A stretch of DNA of 62,408 nucleotides, counting the filler, from Basidioascus undulatus (taxonomy: Eukaryota), in NCBI GenBank assembly GCA_000826855.1. It is 5 parts of 5 records of this genome, joined end to end, with 100 filler letters (N's around TTAATTAATTAA, not from the genome) between each part and the next. Parts side by side here need not be neighbours in the genome. Positions count along the whole stretch, not along the records: positions 43,146 to 54,853 come from JTLS01001551.1; positions 54,954 to 62,408 come from JTLS01001552.1; 3 more parts are not named here. One strand, 5' to 3'. Both the position numbers and the translations under genes were made by a program. The notes beneath the pieces were generated by a model. The model was not told the DNA's origin, ran no database searches, and saw only the letters and a list, made by a program, of their open reading frames with translations. This document shows, piece by piece, positions 50,841 through 62,408 of the stretch (positions within the stretch are counted from its first letter, which is position 1; every line of letters starts with the position of its first letter).

Positions 50841-52000
50841 TTGGAGCCGCCGACATTGATTTTGATGCTTTCGACTGAGCTGCATCTCCGTATTCCATGC
50901 TTCATACCTTCGCTGGCCGACTGCGCTGCCCTCTCGCGAGTCTGCAGGCGTCTCTCGGAAGTGTTCGACGACGCGTACTTCGTGCGAGAGCTCACCCTTC
51001 GTGGTTGGGGTGCTCCTTTTTCTCTGGTGGAGGAGACCGACCCCTTGAGGAACGTTTGTGTAGCCGCTGCCAAGTTGGCGTCGTCGAGTTGCGCGAATGG
51101 CGCTACTTGCAGGTACTGCAAGTTCCACGAGAAGGGTAAGGAGCATCGCTCTCAAGCAATGAAGCGCTTCACGGGCTGGAAGAATGACTCATCTCTCAAG
51201 CAGACGCCGATGGCGGAAGCGCTTCCATTCGCGATGTCTTCTAGCCTCTCCGCCTGGCATACGAACAACCTGCCCTCGACCTTCATCCTCTCATCAAGGT
51301 CAACAGCGAGTTCCGGCTGAGCATGCCACTCGACTCAAACGAGATCGGCCTGCACTTCGTCGCAGAAGGAGAAGGCGACGAGTCGGAGGAGTACGAGGAC
51401 AGCGACGATGTCCCGCTTTTCTCCCCTCTTCCGCTCGCGGCAACCTTCGCGACGACACCGCCTGTACAAGAACTCACCGTGGTCACCCGTGTACCGCCGC
51501 ACCACAAGGCCAACCCGTTACAGAAGACCTTGAACGAGTCCGACAGGTATGACCGTTCTGAGTTTGTCGGGGCATCCAGCAGATGTGAGTATTCTCCGGT
51601 TGCGAGACCGCTTACGCCTACATGCATAGACATTAATGACGACTCGCGCTTTTTTTTTTTTTCTGTCCCAGCTAATGACCGTTCAAGATAGAGCTGAATT
51701 TCCCAACACTTCTACGGCATCTTCTAAGGCGCAATCGTCGGAGGGTTTTCGAGTCGACTTGTGACTTTCGCCGGTGTGTTATCCGACCTCACCCTGCAGG
51801 ATCGCATTGACTTGGTGCGTGGTGTTGGAAAGGTATGCCCACCATTGGGAAGTGAGTATGCACAGCGCGGATGCTGCACGTTGAACGTCGGTTCGACAAA
51901 GAAGTACACCTGCCCATTTGAGGAAGTCGGCTATTATAACTTTAATTACCCATTTTGGTACTACACCGTTGAGTCCGCCGATGAGTTCGATTTCTGGTAG
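50841..52000 (+). pseudogene. F-box-like gene (paralog of 15289-16014) with an in-frame TAG after splicing
   Basis: LMLSTELHLRIPCFIPSLADCAALSRVCRRLSEV, GWGAP..VCVAAAKLASSSCANGATC, ATFATTPPVQ. TAG at ~51242-51244 in the spliced frame; Cys-rich aromatic C-terminus. Confidence 0.55.
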
Positions 52001-52399
52001 TCTGGCGCAATGTACTCTGTTGCAGTATTGCTCCGTTCAATCATCTTGCCGGCATTGATTTTGCGCGAGCGTTGCAAGCTCTTAGTGGCTTGTCAGTGAG
52101 CAAACGGATAGGCGCCTCGGTCCCTCTGCATAGCGTGTTTTTCAGGTGTTGTCCGTGCTATAGTCCGGCTTGGGCGTTCCAATATATATCCCAATAGCGG
52201 CCAGACGCACGAGTACTCGTCTGCTGCACGGCCTGCCGGTAGGCATTCGCTACGGGCAGCTCGACCCTGGATAGCCACACACCCTCGCGCTTCACGACCC
52301 TCAGGCGCGTTCCCGACACAGGACCATCGCATCTGAACGCATGCGTGCGTGCGTAAACAGCCAGGTGTGCAACACTCCTCTCCTCCCCTCCGCCCTTCC

Positions 52400-54146
52400 C
52401 TACTCCCCCAGCCGCGCATACCGCCTCCACGCGGCTCTCTGCCCGCTCCCCCTGCCCGCGCCCATCCCGCGCTCACGCTCGAGCGCAAACAGCGCGTCCC
52501 GCATGTTGACCATGCGCTTCTCCTCCCCACCGTCGCGCACCTGCGCCGCGTGCGCCGCGGGTCCCAACGCAGGGGCGCCGCGCACCCACCCACCCCCAGC
52601 CGCGCCCGCCGCCGCGCCGGACCCGGACGTCGAGGGCGTGAGGACGGGAGAGTTGAGCGTCCCTGGCGGTTGCGGTGTGAACTTGGGTTTGGGGAGCCCG
52701 TTCGTCGTGCGCGGTGAGGAAGGTGTCGAGCCGCCCTTCGGCTTCCCTGCGCCCAGCGCCGCCGCCGCCGACCCGCCGCCCGTCATCCACGAGTACTTGG
52801 CGGACAGCCCTCCGGCCGAGCGGAGAGCCGTCTGGTCCGACAAGCGCTTCTGCACGTCCTCAGACATGTTCCGCGCGGACGTCGGCCCGTCCTTCCGCTT
52901 CTTGCCCTTCTTCTTCCCCGACTCGTCCTCCGCCCCGGCGTCCGCACCGTCCCCCATCCCGCCCCCACCGAGCGCCTCGCCCTCCTCGCGCATCTGCCGC
53001 TCGAGTGCCTCGCGCTCGACACGCTCCCGCCGCCGGCGCGTCTCCTCCTCGCGCTCTATTCGCTCGAGCGCGGCGAGCTGCTTGTCCACGTCTGAGGAGA
53101 TGACCTGCGTGTACATGGGCGTCGGCGTCGGCAGGTCCGGGTGCAGCGGCGGCGGGGCGGCGTGGGAGGAGGATTGGCGGTGCTGCGAGGCGGAGATCAT
53201 AGATTCGACGAGGGAGCGCAGACGCGCTTGGGCGGCGAGTGCAAGGTAGGCGAGACAGTCTTCATCCACTCGTTGTAGAAGATGTGGGGCGGCTAGGAAG
53301 AAGGCGTGCGATTTCAGCGGAATGTGGGGAAGGTACGCGTTAGGATGGCGAAGCACGCACCCGCTGCTCGGATCCGTTCTCGCAACACGACAGGATTCAA
53401 GAATTCCTGCACACGTGTTCGGCTCGGTCTAGACGGCGCGCCGTATCGCGGCTGGAGCATCTCATTCCCTCTCAAGATCGCCTCCTGCTCCGCCTGCAAC
53501 CCTCACCACCCACGACCCGGCCCCATGTTCAGACCACACACCCCTGCCAACCCAGATCCGAGAAGGGAACACACCTCAATATCCACCCCTGCCGAGCCCA
53601 CAGCGTCGATCAAGGACATGACGTCCGTCCGCCCCCCACCGCCGCCGCCTGATGAAGACTCTGCTGCTGCTCCCGAGCTTCCGCCTTGCGCAGTAGAGGA
53701 CCTTGGACGCCCAAATCCCGCCCGCGCGAGTCCGTGAGCCAAGGAACGCGTGACATGGGGTGGGAGGGCTCAAGTTCTCACCCCGCTGCGGCAGCGCCTG
53801 CTCCTGATGCGCCGGTAGCTGCATGTGCGACAGTTGATCGATGTGCGTCACGGATGTGATGAGAGTGGTTGATGTGTGATCGAGGAACGGTTCGAAATGG
53901 GCCACGCCCGCAGGGGGAAGGGATGGGGAAGGGGAAGTGGGGTCAGCGCGTCCGCACGCGACACGCCGGCCAGGATCAAGCAGCAGCCTTACACGCAGCA
54001 GGCGCGTTGGCGCGGGGCAGTGCAAACGCGGCACCTGCGAGGCCCGTTCTGGGCATGCCGCCCCCCGTCGCAGGGGTCGAATTGAACGCGTGCGTGGATG
54101 AAGACGCGTCCACGTCCAATCGGGGCTTCTTGAACGAGGCCTGCAT
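52400..54146 (-). CDS. TAF4: TFIID subunit 4, multi-exon
   Basis: DVMSLIDAVGSAGVDIE/AEQEA, FLNPVVLRERI, histone fold VDEDCLAYLALAAQARLRSLVESMISASQHR, SDVDKQLAALE, ARNMSEDVQKRLSDQTA..KYSWM, and VNMRDALFALERE. Confidence 0.92.
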
Positions 54147-54853
54147 GGCGGGCTGACGGGGCGCGCTGGTCGAGTCGAGCGGTGTATGTCGGGAATTCCT
54201 AGGCGCCCTGGGACCGGGAGAGAAAAAGGTGGCTGAGGGGATTAAGCAGGGGCGCAGGAACGCGCAGATGCGCTGGTGAGGAGCTCAACTTGGTGATGGC
54301 GAGCCCAAGGGAGTGAGCGACTCGCGAATTCTTTGGTTAGTTTTCAAACACATTAACATTCCCCTTTCCTTTGATCTGAAAAGACTTTCCAAAGAAAGCA
54401 TGTTTGTAGGGAAATATAAATCTTCTTAGACAGCACTTAGCATGTAATATTACATATGGGATTTATGCTGTAGAGGTCTTTTAGAGACAACACCCAGGAA
54501 CATCCGCAAAGCAAAGCAGTCCACGCACTCGCAACGTATAACGTCGAATCTGAACGTGGTAGCCAGTACCTGCCAAAGATTCTGTGATACGACATTTCAG
54601 GGGACACTCTCAAACGTGGAAAATGTCGACGAGTAAGTGGAAGGTGTGCCGAGGTTCCAGCTTCCCCTCGCATTCGCAAAGCAATGCAAAAGCTCTTATG
54701 CAGCGGGCGCACCAGTCGCTCATGAAACCCAGTTTCGACGTCTGGTGGGGGTACAAATGGTCTGAATCCAGCGGAAAATAAAGACATGCATCAAACTGCA
54801 GCCCGCAGCCCACTATCTCCCCACGCACCATCTTAACCTCCCTCCCCTCAGCC

Positions 54854-54953
54854 NNNNNNNNNNNNNNNNNNNNNNNNNNNNNNNNNNNNNNNNNNNNTTA
54901 ATTAATTAANNNNNNNNNNNNNNNNNNNNNNNNNNNNNNNNNNNNNNNNNNNN
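54854..54953. other. Artificial contig linker
   Basis: N-TTAATTAATTAA-N, 100 nt. Confidence 0.97.
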
Positions 54954-55027
54954 AGGGGAGGGAAGAGGGACGGGAGGGCTGGGGGATGAGGATGGAAGGG
55001 GAAGGGGAAGGGAAGAGGGAAAACGGA

Positions 55028-56647
55028 CCTTGGTGCTAATCTCCATTGCCTGCGCGTGGCTCGACATTGCAAAGCCAGTCATGATGATGATCCCTGCGGG
55101 GACGAGCGAGCGCTGTCCGATCCGACCATCCCCAAGTCCCAGATAAGCTACTCCTCATGCGGGAAGGTGGAGGGGGAGGGAGGACGAGAGGGAGTGAGGA
55201 GGCGAGAAGGAACAGGGACGCACCCTGTTCTTCCGCGAGAGAAACAGTCCGAGCGCGCCGCCGGCCCACCCTTCATTTCCCTCCCAGTGAGCTATACGGA
55301 TAGGACAGCGGGGAGAAGGCAGGCAAGGGGGAGGAAAGAAGGAAGAACGCACAGAGCACGCCCATCAGCGTGTGCTGAAGGTCCTTGGGCGTCCACGGGC
55401 CGCCGTGGTCTGCCCGTGCCCGCACGTACCCCGCATTCTATAAGCTTTTCTTTCGCATTCAGCCGCCACATCCAGTCCGACCAGCCGGGACTCACGCTCT
55501 GTGAAGGTATTGACGATTCCCTACGCGCGTCGCTCATGCGATCAGTCCCGCGCGAAAACAAGGAGACGAGCGAAGAACGAAAGGGAGGAGGGTAGAGGAG
55601 GGGAGGAAGGGAGGAAGGAAAAAAGGAAAAGGAAGGAGAGGTAACGCACCCAGACCGTGATCACCCCTGAGTCAAAGAACTCCTGGCTCTGCCCGCGGCG
55701 GGCAAGCCAGGCGCCGCCCAGGTGGAGCATGAGCGCGTAGATCGCGCCGTAGGCGATGAAGGCTGATCCCATGATATAGCTTCCCTCATCCAGCACGCGT
55801 CAGCCTCGGCTCTCGCAGGTCGGGTAGTCGGGAAATGGGGAAGTGTGAAGGGAGGATGAAGAGGAGAGGGAGAAGGGAGACCAAACGCACTGCGCCAAGC
55901 ACTGACCCAGCCCGCCGCCCATGCAGTACCCCCCCAGCGTGGCCGCTCCAAACACGCACTGCACCCACCCCACAACCGGGAAGGTCACGCCCAGCCACTT
56001 GTGCACCCTGACCGCCCACGCGCGCAGCGTCGTGCGCTCGAGGACGTGCAGCTTGAGGAAGATGCCCAGGGCCAGTTGGAGGAGGAGGTACGGGATGAGG
56101 AGGGAGGCGAAGGTGGAATGCACCTGTGCGAGGGAGGAGGTAAGTGGGAGGGAATGGGAGGGAAGAGGAAGGGAGGTGGGGCAGGCGGGAAAGGGGAAAG
56201 AGGAGGGGGAGAGAGGACGAACGGTCTTTGGGAATGCACGCCCGCCGTGGCGCTGTCCCGAGATGTAGCCCAGGAAGCCAGTGAGGAGCATGCCCGTGCT
56301 CTGTACAGGGACATGCCAGCGTGATCTATCCTTCCACCCTACATCAGTCCCCTTCCTCATCCCTACTCTCCCCGCTCGAACGCACCGCCCGAGCCCGAGC
56401 ACCTGCGCCCTTCAAGCGTCAGCGCATATGGCAGAGGAAGGAGGAAGGAAGGACACACCATCCCAACCGGAAACAACACGCCCCACACGCCCACCTGCGT
56501 AGCGACATGCACCCACAGGAGCGCGTCGATCGGCTTCGCAGCATTTGTAGCGTCGCCAGGGGAGACGTGGTGGTGCCCTTTGTGGGCTGCGGCGACGGAG
56601 ACGAGCGCTAAGGCCGCGAGGAAAGTGGATATTATTCGGGTGAGCAT
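55028..56647 (-). CDS. YTP1: Ytp1-like multi-pass membrane protein, 3' end cut by the contig break
   Basis: Signal peptide, [112 protein letters not shown]. Confidence 0.88.
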
Positions 56648-56882
56648 TATTAAGTAAATATTAGGTGGACGAGGAGGGCTAGGAGATGGTGAGCGGCGAG
56701 GTCGAGAGAGGCTGTCGAGGCGGAGCGAGGTGCCGCGCTGCCGGCCGAGACGATGGAGCGGCGGCCGGCGAGATTAACTTCTGATCGACGCTCGCCTGCC
56801 TTCCGCGGTGCCCCCCCCGGTTCAGCCTGCCTCGTCGCTTTCCTCGCGTCGTCTTCTCACATCGCATGAAACGCAAAGCAGC

Positions 56883-58140
56883 ATGGCGCCCACGCTGCTC
56901 CCCCTACCCTCCGAGTCGGACCTCAAGCTGCTCCACTCCTCCCCCGAGGCGTTCGAATCCGCCCACGTGCACGCGATCTACGACTCGATCGCTTCGCACT
57001 TCTCTCAGACGAGGTACAAGGTCCTTCTCCCGTCCATCTCCTCCCCCTCCTTCTTCCTCCCTTTCCCCCCGTCCTTGCTGACAAAGAGCGCGAAATCAGC
57101 CCTGGCCCATAATATCCGCATTCCTCTCCTCGCTCCCCCCGCACGCGCTCGGGCTCGATGCAGGGTGCGGGAACGGAAAGTACCTCCCGCTCGTCGACGC
57201 GTCCGGGGGGCTCCTCCTAGGGCTTGATCGTTCGCAGAATTTGCTTCTTCATGCGCGCAAGCAGCCGGGTGCGCTGGATCCCAGGCCCGTCGTACTGGCG
57301 GACGCGCTGGCGATGGGCGTGAGGGAGGGGGTCTTCGTGCGTCTCTCTTCCCTCCTCCCCTTCTTTTCCCCTCAGTAGATGGTTGAACTGCGAGTGGGGG
57401 TGATCCAGGACTACGCAATCTCCATAGCAACAATCCACCACCTCTCCACCCCCCGCCGGCGTCTCGCCGCCGTGCGCGCGCTCCTCCGCGCGGTCAAGCC
57501 CGATGGCGGACGCGTGCTGGTGTATGTCTGGGCGGCGGAGCAGGGTGAGGGGAGCAGGCGGGTCGTCCCCGAGCAGGAGGGCCGGGACGAGGGGAAGATT
57601 GGAGTGGATGTGTGGGTGCCGTGGGTTATGGTGGCGCAGGGGAAGGGGAAGGAGGCGAAGAAGGGGGAAGGGAGGAAGAGGGAGAAGGGTGGGGGGCGAC
57701 GCCAGCACACCGAGGCGTCCGAAACGCCCGCCGCCGCGCCTCCATCGGCTCCCGCTCCCTCCGCGGCTCCTCAACCCCGCGCGCCGTCCTCGGATCCCCA
57801 ACCCTCCGCCCCCGTGCAAGCCCCCGAACACACCCCCGTCGGCCAGCCGTTTTCCTCCGCCCCGCAGCCCACCTCCTCCCCCTATGTACCTTCTTCCCAA
57901 CCCACGACCGCCTCCCCCCAGCCCGCCCCCCAATCCTACAACAGGTACTACCACCTTTTCTCGCGCGGCGAGCTCCTCGCGCTCTGCCTCGCGGCTGCCT
58001 CCGCGGAGGGTTTGCGCATCCACGTCGTCCAGGAGGGATGGGAAAGGGACAATTGGTTTGCTGAGGTGCGGGTTGTGGGGCAGGAGATGAAGGGGAGGAG
58101 AGATAGAGAGAAAGGAGGAGGGGGTGATGTATGCGTTTGA
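56883..58140 (+). CDS. TRM9: tRNA wobble-uridine carboxyl methyltransferase Trm9
   Basis: FESAHVHAIYDSIASHFSQTRYK/PWP..GLDAGCGNGKYL..GLDRS..LADAL../DYAISIATIHHLSTPRRR..LVYVWA..YNRYYHLF..GEL..GWERDNW. Confidence 0.93.
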
Positions 58141-59449
58141 GGTTGGAAGATACGGGCTGGGGGCTCGCTTGTCTGTGCGGGAGAGGGATCCATCGTACGT
58201 TCCGCGCAACTTCCGTTGCGCTCGCACTTCGCGACTCCGGCGTGCACGCCGGCTCGATCGAACGTCTTCGCTCGCCTTGCATGGGTCGCGCCTTCTCGTA
58301 CTGGCTCGACTTTCGCCCATCAGTCCGCATCTCACGCGTGCACATCCGAGTTGCTGCCGCTTTAACTTTGGTCGCTCACGTTTCGAAAACTAAGGCTTTA
58401 CCTTGCTCGCGCTTCTCCCTTCACCTCGGCCCACGCTCGCTCATCTTCCCCACCCGAAATGCGCACTCACGGCTCCCGTTCGAGCCCCTCCCCCCAGCAC
58501 CCAATTTCCCTTACTTCTTAGCCTCGTGTCGCTTCCCACCCATCACGTCTTCCATCAAACCACCATGTCACACCGGCGCACAAGTTCGTTCAGGACCTCA
58601 CCCGTCGTCTGTCCGCTTGCTGTCGGACTTTCGGCGGACAAGCCGCCCCAACGCTCTTCCTCGATCGGGCATGCTGGATCTCCCCACTCTTCTTTCTCGC
58701 ATGCTCTACGAATGACACTGCCGGCCTTCTACGACTCGATCGCTGCGGGGCTCGCAACCGCAGTGTAGCTACTTCCTTCGACTCTCGCGTTATGCTCGAT
58801 TGAACAGGCTGTTCAATGATCTTCTGCGCTTCTCCTCAACATGTAGAATTCCTCCGATCAGGACGCACTGCTACACCTAGGGTGAGGGCGTCGGGAGGAC
58901 GGGACTCGTTCGGAGCTCATGAAACGGCAGTCGCCGAGTCGTGAATAGTGATTCGTAAGTTTCATTCAATGAACACTTTCTGTGGGGTCCTCGATGTTTT
59001 ATCATACCGAATGAATGCGGGAAAGGCAGAGCACAACGAGAAAACGCAACACAGCCACAAACGGATCTTTAGTGGGCATTGTGATAGGGATGCTAACAGC
59101 ACTTAAAATCCTACAAATTCTAGCACGGTGACATCAAATGATGCGACTTTGTTGTAGATCAGCAGAGTACTGAGCATCATGAAGAGCGAATGAGCCAGCG
59201 TGTACAGGGTAGCACAGATTTTCGCGAGACAACCGGCCCAAATCTGAATATAATGAAACACAACAATCAGCACCAAGTCAAAGAACACCCACAATAAAAC
59301 AGCAGCAGGTCAGTCACAATCAAGACAGCGATGAGCAGCGAGAAGTGACTGAGGCGCGAGCAGTAGCACTGAGTACAGCGCAGACTGAGTCTCCCCCCTC
59401 GACAGTGTCTCGCTCACCTTGACCTAGGCCTTTACTCTACCGCTCTCAT

Positions 59450-61160
59450 CCGTACCGCTCCAGCCAAACCCATCCACCGCCTTGCCTGTCACCCTCCCTC
59501 TTTCTTGATTGGCAAGTGCCCTGACTAACTGGGAAGACTCCGTACCTCTCCAAAATGACATCGATGGAGCTGCCGCAGACCTCACTCAGATTGTCTCTGA
59601 GGGGACTGAAGCGCCAATCGCGCGCTGAATGCATTACTTAAAAAATGTGGTGTTCAAACCTGCTCCCACCACTTCTTGCTCACATAATGACCTTCGCAGA
59701 ATTCTCAAGTGCAGCCAGTCTGGTGAGGATGAGGAATGATAGAGGGAAGCCGCAAGGCTGTACTCCAAAGCAATCCGGTTCTGAAAGCGTGCTCACTGGC
59801 GGGAATGCTTTGCCAACCTCTTGGAGCAAGCTTTCTTTCAGAACTCATCATACCTTTCCACACTGGGATGCTTACTTCACAGTCATCCCAGAAGAGAAGG
59901 TTGACTGTTGTAGCAGCCACTTCATCATTGAAGGTAACAGTAACAACATTCCAAATGACATTTAGCCCCTCCAGGCTACTCTTCCCCTTTTCCTTCCCTG
60001 GGCTTCCTCATCCATCTGCCTTATTGTTCCTTTTCCTTCTCCTGCTCAGGTCCCGGCCATGCTACTACATGGAGCTATGCGCTGACATCTGCTTCCCCGT
60101 AGCGAGCTGCCTGTCCCAGAATGAACGCCAGGGTGGCCCTTGCACTTTGACTTTCGAGTTCTCCCACCAGATTCCTCTGCGTCACTGCGCCTACTCCTCT
60201 TGCTTGAGGACCGGGTGAGGTGTGGATACCTGGGAGAGGTTGGAGCTGACCTGGGCATTGTACAGCTTCGATATGTATGCCATTAAATGCAAAAGCCTTA
60301 GGAGATTATGAAGTCCCTGCAGGGTTGCTGAGCCAGAGCTGTTTGACAGACAAATGAGGGCCAGGCATCGAACCAGTCATGCATTGTATTTTCATTCCCC
60401 ACTTTGACCTCATCTGTGCTCTAAAAATTCCGAATAAGGTACTTACTTGATAAAAAGTGAAAGTGGGCTGCAAAAGACAATGGACAAAAAGAAAAAGAAG
60501 TAGATCTTGTATATACATTTGCACAATCTTCCATCGTTCCCCCTTCGCCATTTTGTACAGATAAATCCCACCTACGTTCGTTCTTTTGAAGAGAATCCTG
60601 GTGTCTCTTCCCGGCGCACTTCAGCATTGGCAAGTGCTTCACACTTAATAGGGGTATCTTTCCAGTAAGCCATGAACCGGTGCCATGCAGCACTCGTTAC
60701 ATTGTTGTCAGAATATTGATGCACATCTGACCTTCTCTTCCACTCAACCTTGTCAGTCTGACGATTGCAGTTCACAATGAGACATGATAAAGGGCCTGGA
60801 ACGTGCTCTTCAAATTCTCTCATTTGTCCCTGCAACTCCCATCACCACCTATTGAAGTTGTGCTGATATTCCACCATGTCCAGCCAAGTACCTCAAGGCA
60901 GCAAGGCCACTGTCTGTATTGTAAGCCTGCCACACAACCGTCTATGTAAAAAAAGAAGCGTCAGCTGTTGGAAAGGCTTACAATATGTTTATTGGGTCAG
61001 AACCGCAGAGCAGATTTGCCTATTGGCAAATGGCCTGCAGTATGGCAGGTCGTGGGAAAAGTGGGAGGGGTCGAAGTTCAGGGAGACGGCAAAGATGAAG
61101 AGGCGGTGCTTGGCCTACTCGAGAGAAGACAAAAGAACTGGGTTTTCTCACTGCAAGGCA
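59450..61160 (-). pseudogene. CpG-depleted, stop-riddled remnant of a repeat, TE or gene (family not identified)
   Basis: About 4 CpG in 59701-60000 by my count, far below neighbouring genes. The minus strand has coding-like fragments (HVPGPLSCLIVNCNRQTDKVEW..WHRFMAYWKDTPIKCEAL) broken by many TAG/TGA. Confidence 0.4.
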
Positions 61161-61249
61161 TGAGGTTTAGAGAGAGGGAGGAATCCGCAGTCAACAGAGG
61201 CGAGCTATGCCGACCAGACCGGAGGGGTTCAGTGAGCGGTAAGGGTGCG

Positions 61250-61844
61250 CGACGTCCTGCAGCTGTGAGTTGTAAAATGAAGGCGGACTATGCCATGAGT
61301 ATTGGCTGGGAACGCCTACAAGCATTGGGGCATCGCAAAGTGGGCTGTCACAGAAGACATCAGCCACTACGATACCGCCGTCTCTTTCTAAACCCGTATA
61401 GCCGAAATATGCTCCAAGTCTGGAGAAGCTCACAATCAAAGTGGAAAGCGGCCTCTATAAGGGCGAGACTTGACAGCAATTGCCAGTGGGGTCTCGATGC
61501 TTTCAAACCTGCGGGCGCTCGATTTGTTCGACGACTGTTGGGCCGATATGTATCGATCGAGAGACCCATATCCTCTTCAGTCCCTTCTCCAAGCCGTCCC
61601 AACCGTCGGGGATCTGCGCAACCGGTTCCGGTCAACACCCCGCTATCAGCCCTTGCCATCGACGCTCGAGGCGGACTTGCTTCCTCGGCTGCGCTGTTTC
61701 GAAACATCGGACTTCGCTGCTATGTGGAGTTTGATATCCGCTTCCCGGTCCCTCAAGCCCACTCCTGATCATTACGAGCATCCATGTTGTAATTCAAGAG
61801 TTTGCCCAACCTCAGCCGAAGAGATTTACTGGGCGCCCCTTTGA
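61250..61844 (+). pseudogene. LRR/RNI-like gene remnant
   Basis: MLSNLRALDLFDD and LLPRLRCFETSDF LRR-like segments, with frame breaks on both sides. Confidence 0.35.
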
Positions 61845-62408
61845 GCAAGGATCCCGAACCAGAGCCGGCAAGGCAACGCCGCTGAACGTTCACACCACCC
61901 CTTAGACGCCCGATGAGAAGTCTGCGCGGACTGCTCAGAGCCCCACAACGCAGAAAAGCACCGAGCGCACCGGAGCCGGCGCTGCCTTGCCTCAGCTGCG
62001 TATCACCCTCCAGCCCAGCATCTTCTGCCGAAGCACACTTCCCAGAATCGGTGCCGACCGGCCACTGTTTTAAGTATGCAGAATATTCATCTTGAGCCCC
62101 CTGAAATTGGAAAAGGAAAGCAGACGGGCTGCGAGATCGAGTTTGGAGGAAGCGGCGCGTCGGTTTCGTGCAGGGCAAGAAAGAGGGTTTCGGGCGATGC
62201 TGGAAAGCCAGAGCGGTGCTCAAATTTCGGTTCGACGGCCAGGAAACACGAAGAGGCGTTCAGAAGTCACCGCGGTAGGTTAATACCGTTCAGAACATAA
62301 CTCACCGTCGGAGGTGACGCGCAAGGCTGCCCAAGCACGGAGACGAGATCGCTGCGCGAGCGCAGAAAATCTGCAGTGGACTCAGACGCTGTGGGCCGAA
62401 GTCGGGAG

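Noticed and set aside
11473..58140. Apparent RNA-quality-control cluster (HBS1, Smr/Cue2-like, RPC11, TRM9, Rpp25-like, PET127)
   Set aside because: The genes lie on different linker-joined contigs and are interspersed with unrelated genes, so there is no evidence of clustering.
57217..58345. Long antisense ORFs (372 aa, 239 aa) over TRM9, and similar ones over TAF4, DUF4112 and HBS1
   Set aside because: Low-complexity Arg/Gly/Pro shadows expected from GC3-rich coding sequence.
60360..60385. GGTTCGA T-loop-like motif on the minus strand (also GTTCGAATC at ~10154 and ~56951)
   Set aside because: No T-stem or cloverleaf, and the others lie inside coding exons. No tRNA is supported.

Overview
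Eukaryotic, GC-rich, intron-dense DNA from a basidiomycete fungus. Donors are GTGCGT/GTGAGT/GTCCGT with CTGAC/CTAAC branch points; a Pucciniomycotina-like yeast is my inference. The window is five contigs joined by artificial 100-nt N-TTAATTAATTAA-N linkers, so adjacency across the linkers is not evidence of linkage. Apparently intact conserved genes: PET127 (5' partial), an S10 serine carboxypeptidase, a DUF4112 protein, an OPT/YSL transporter, a SnoaL-like protein, an Alba/Rpp25-like protein, BolA, an aldo-keto reductase, a ferric reductase (partial), an Smr-domain protein (partial), RPC11, PRM1, TAF4, YTP1-like (partial) and TRM9. Between them lie many disrupted accessory genes: F-box/LRR, TauD-like, RNase III-like, Rcf2-like fragments and a TTR-like GNAT. 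The most striking observation is a locus where the promoter and first exon of a fungal fatty-acid-synthase beta (FAS1) gene are joined through one hybrid intron to the 3' part of an HBS1 GTPase gene that lacks its P-loop. This is either a real chimeric gene or a mis-assembly. Exon boundaries and family assignments come from manual reading and recalled motifs, not from database searches.
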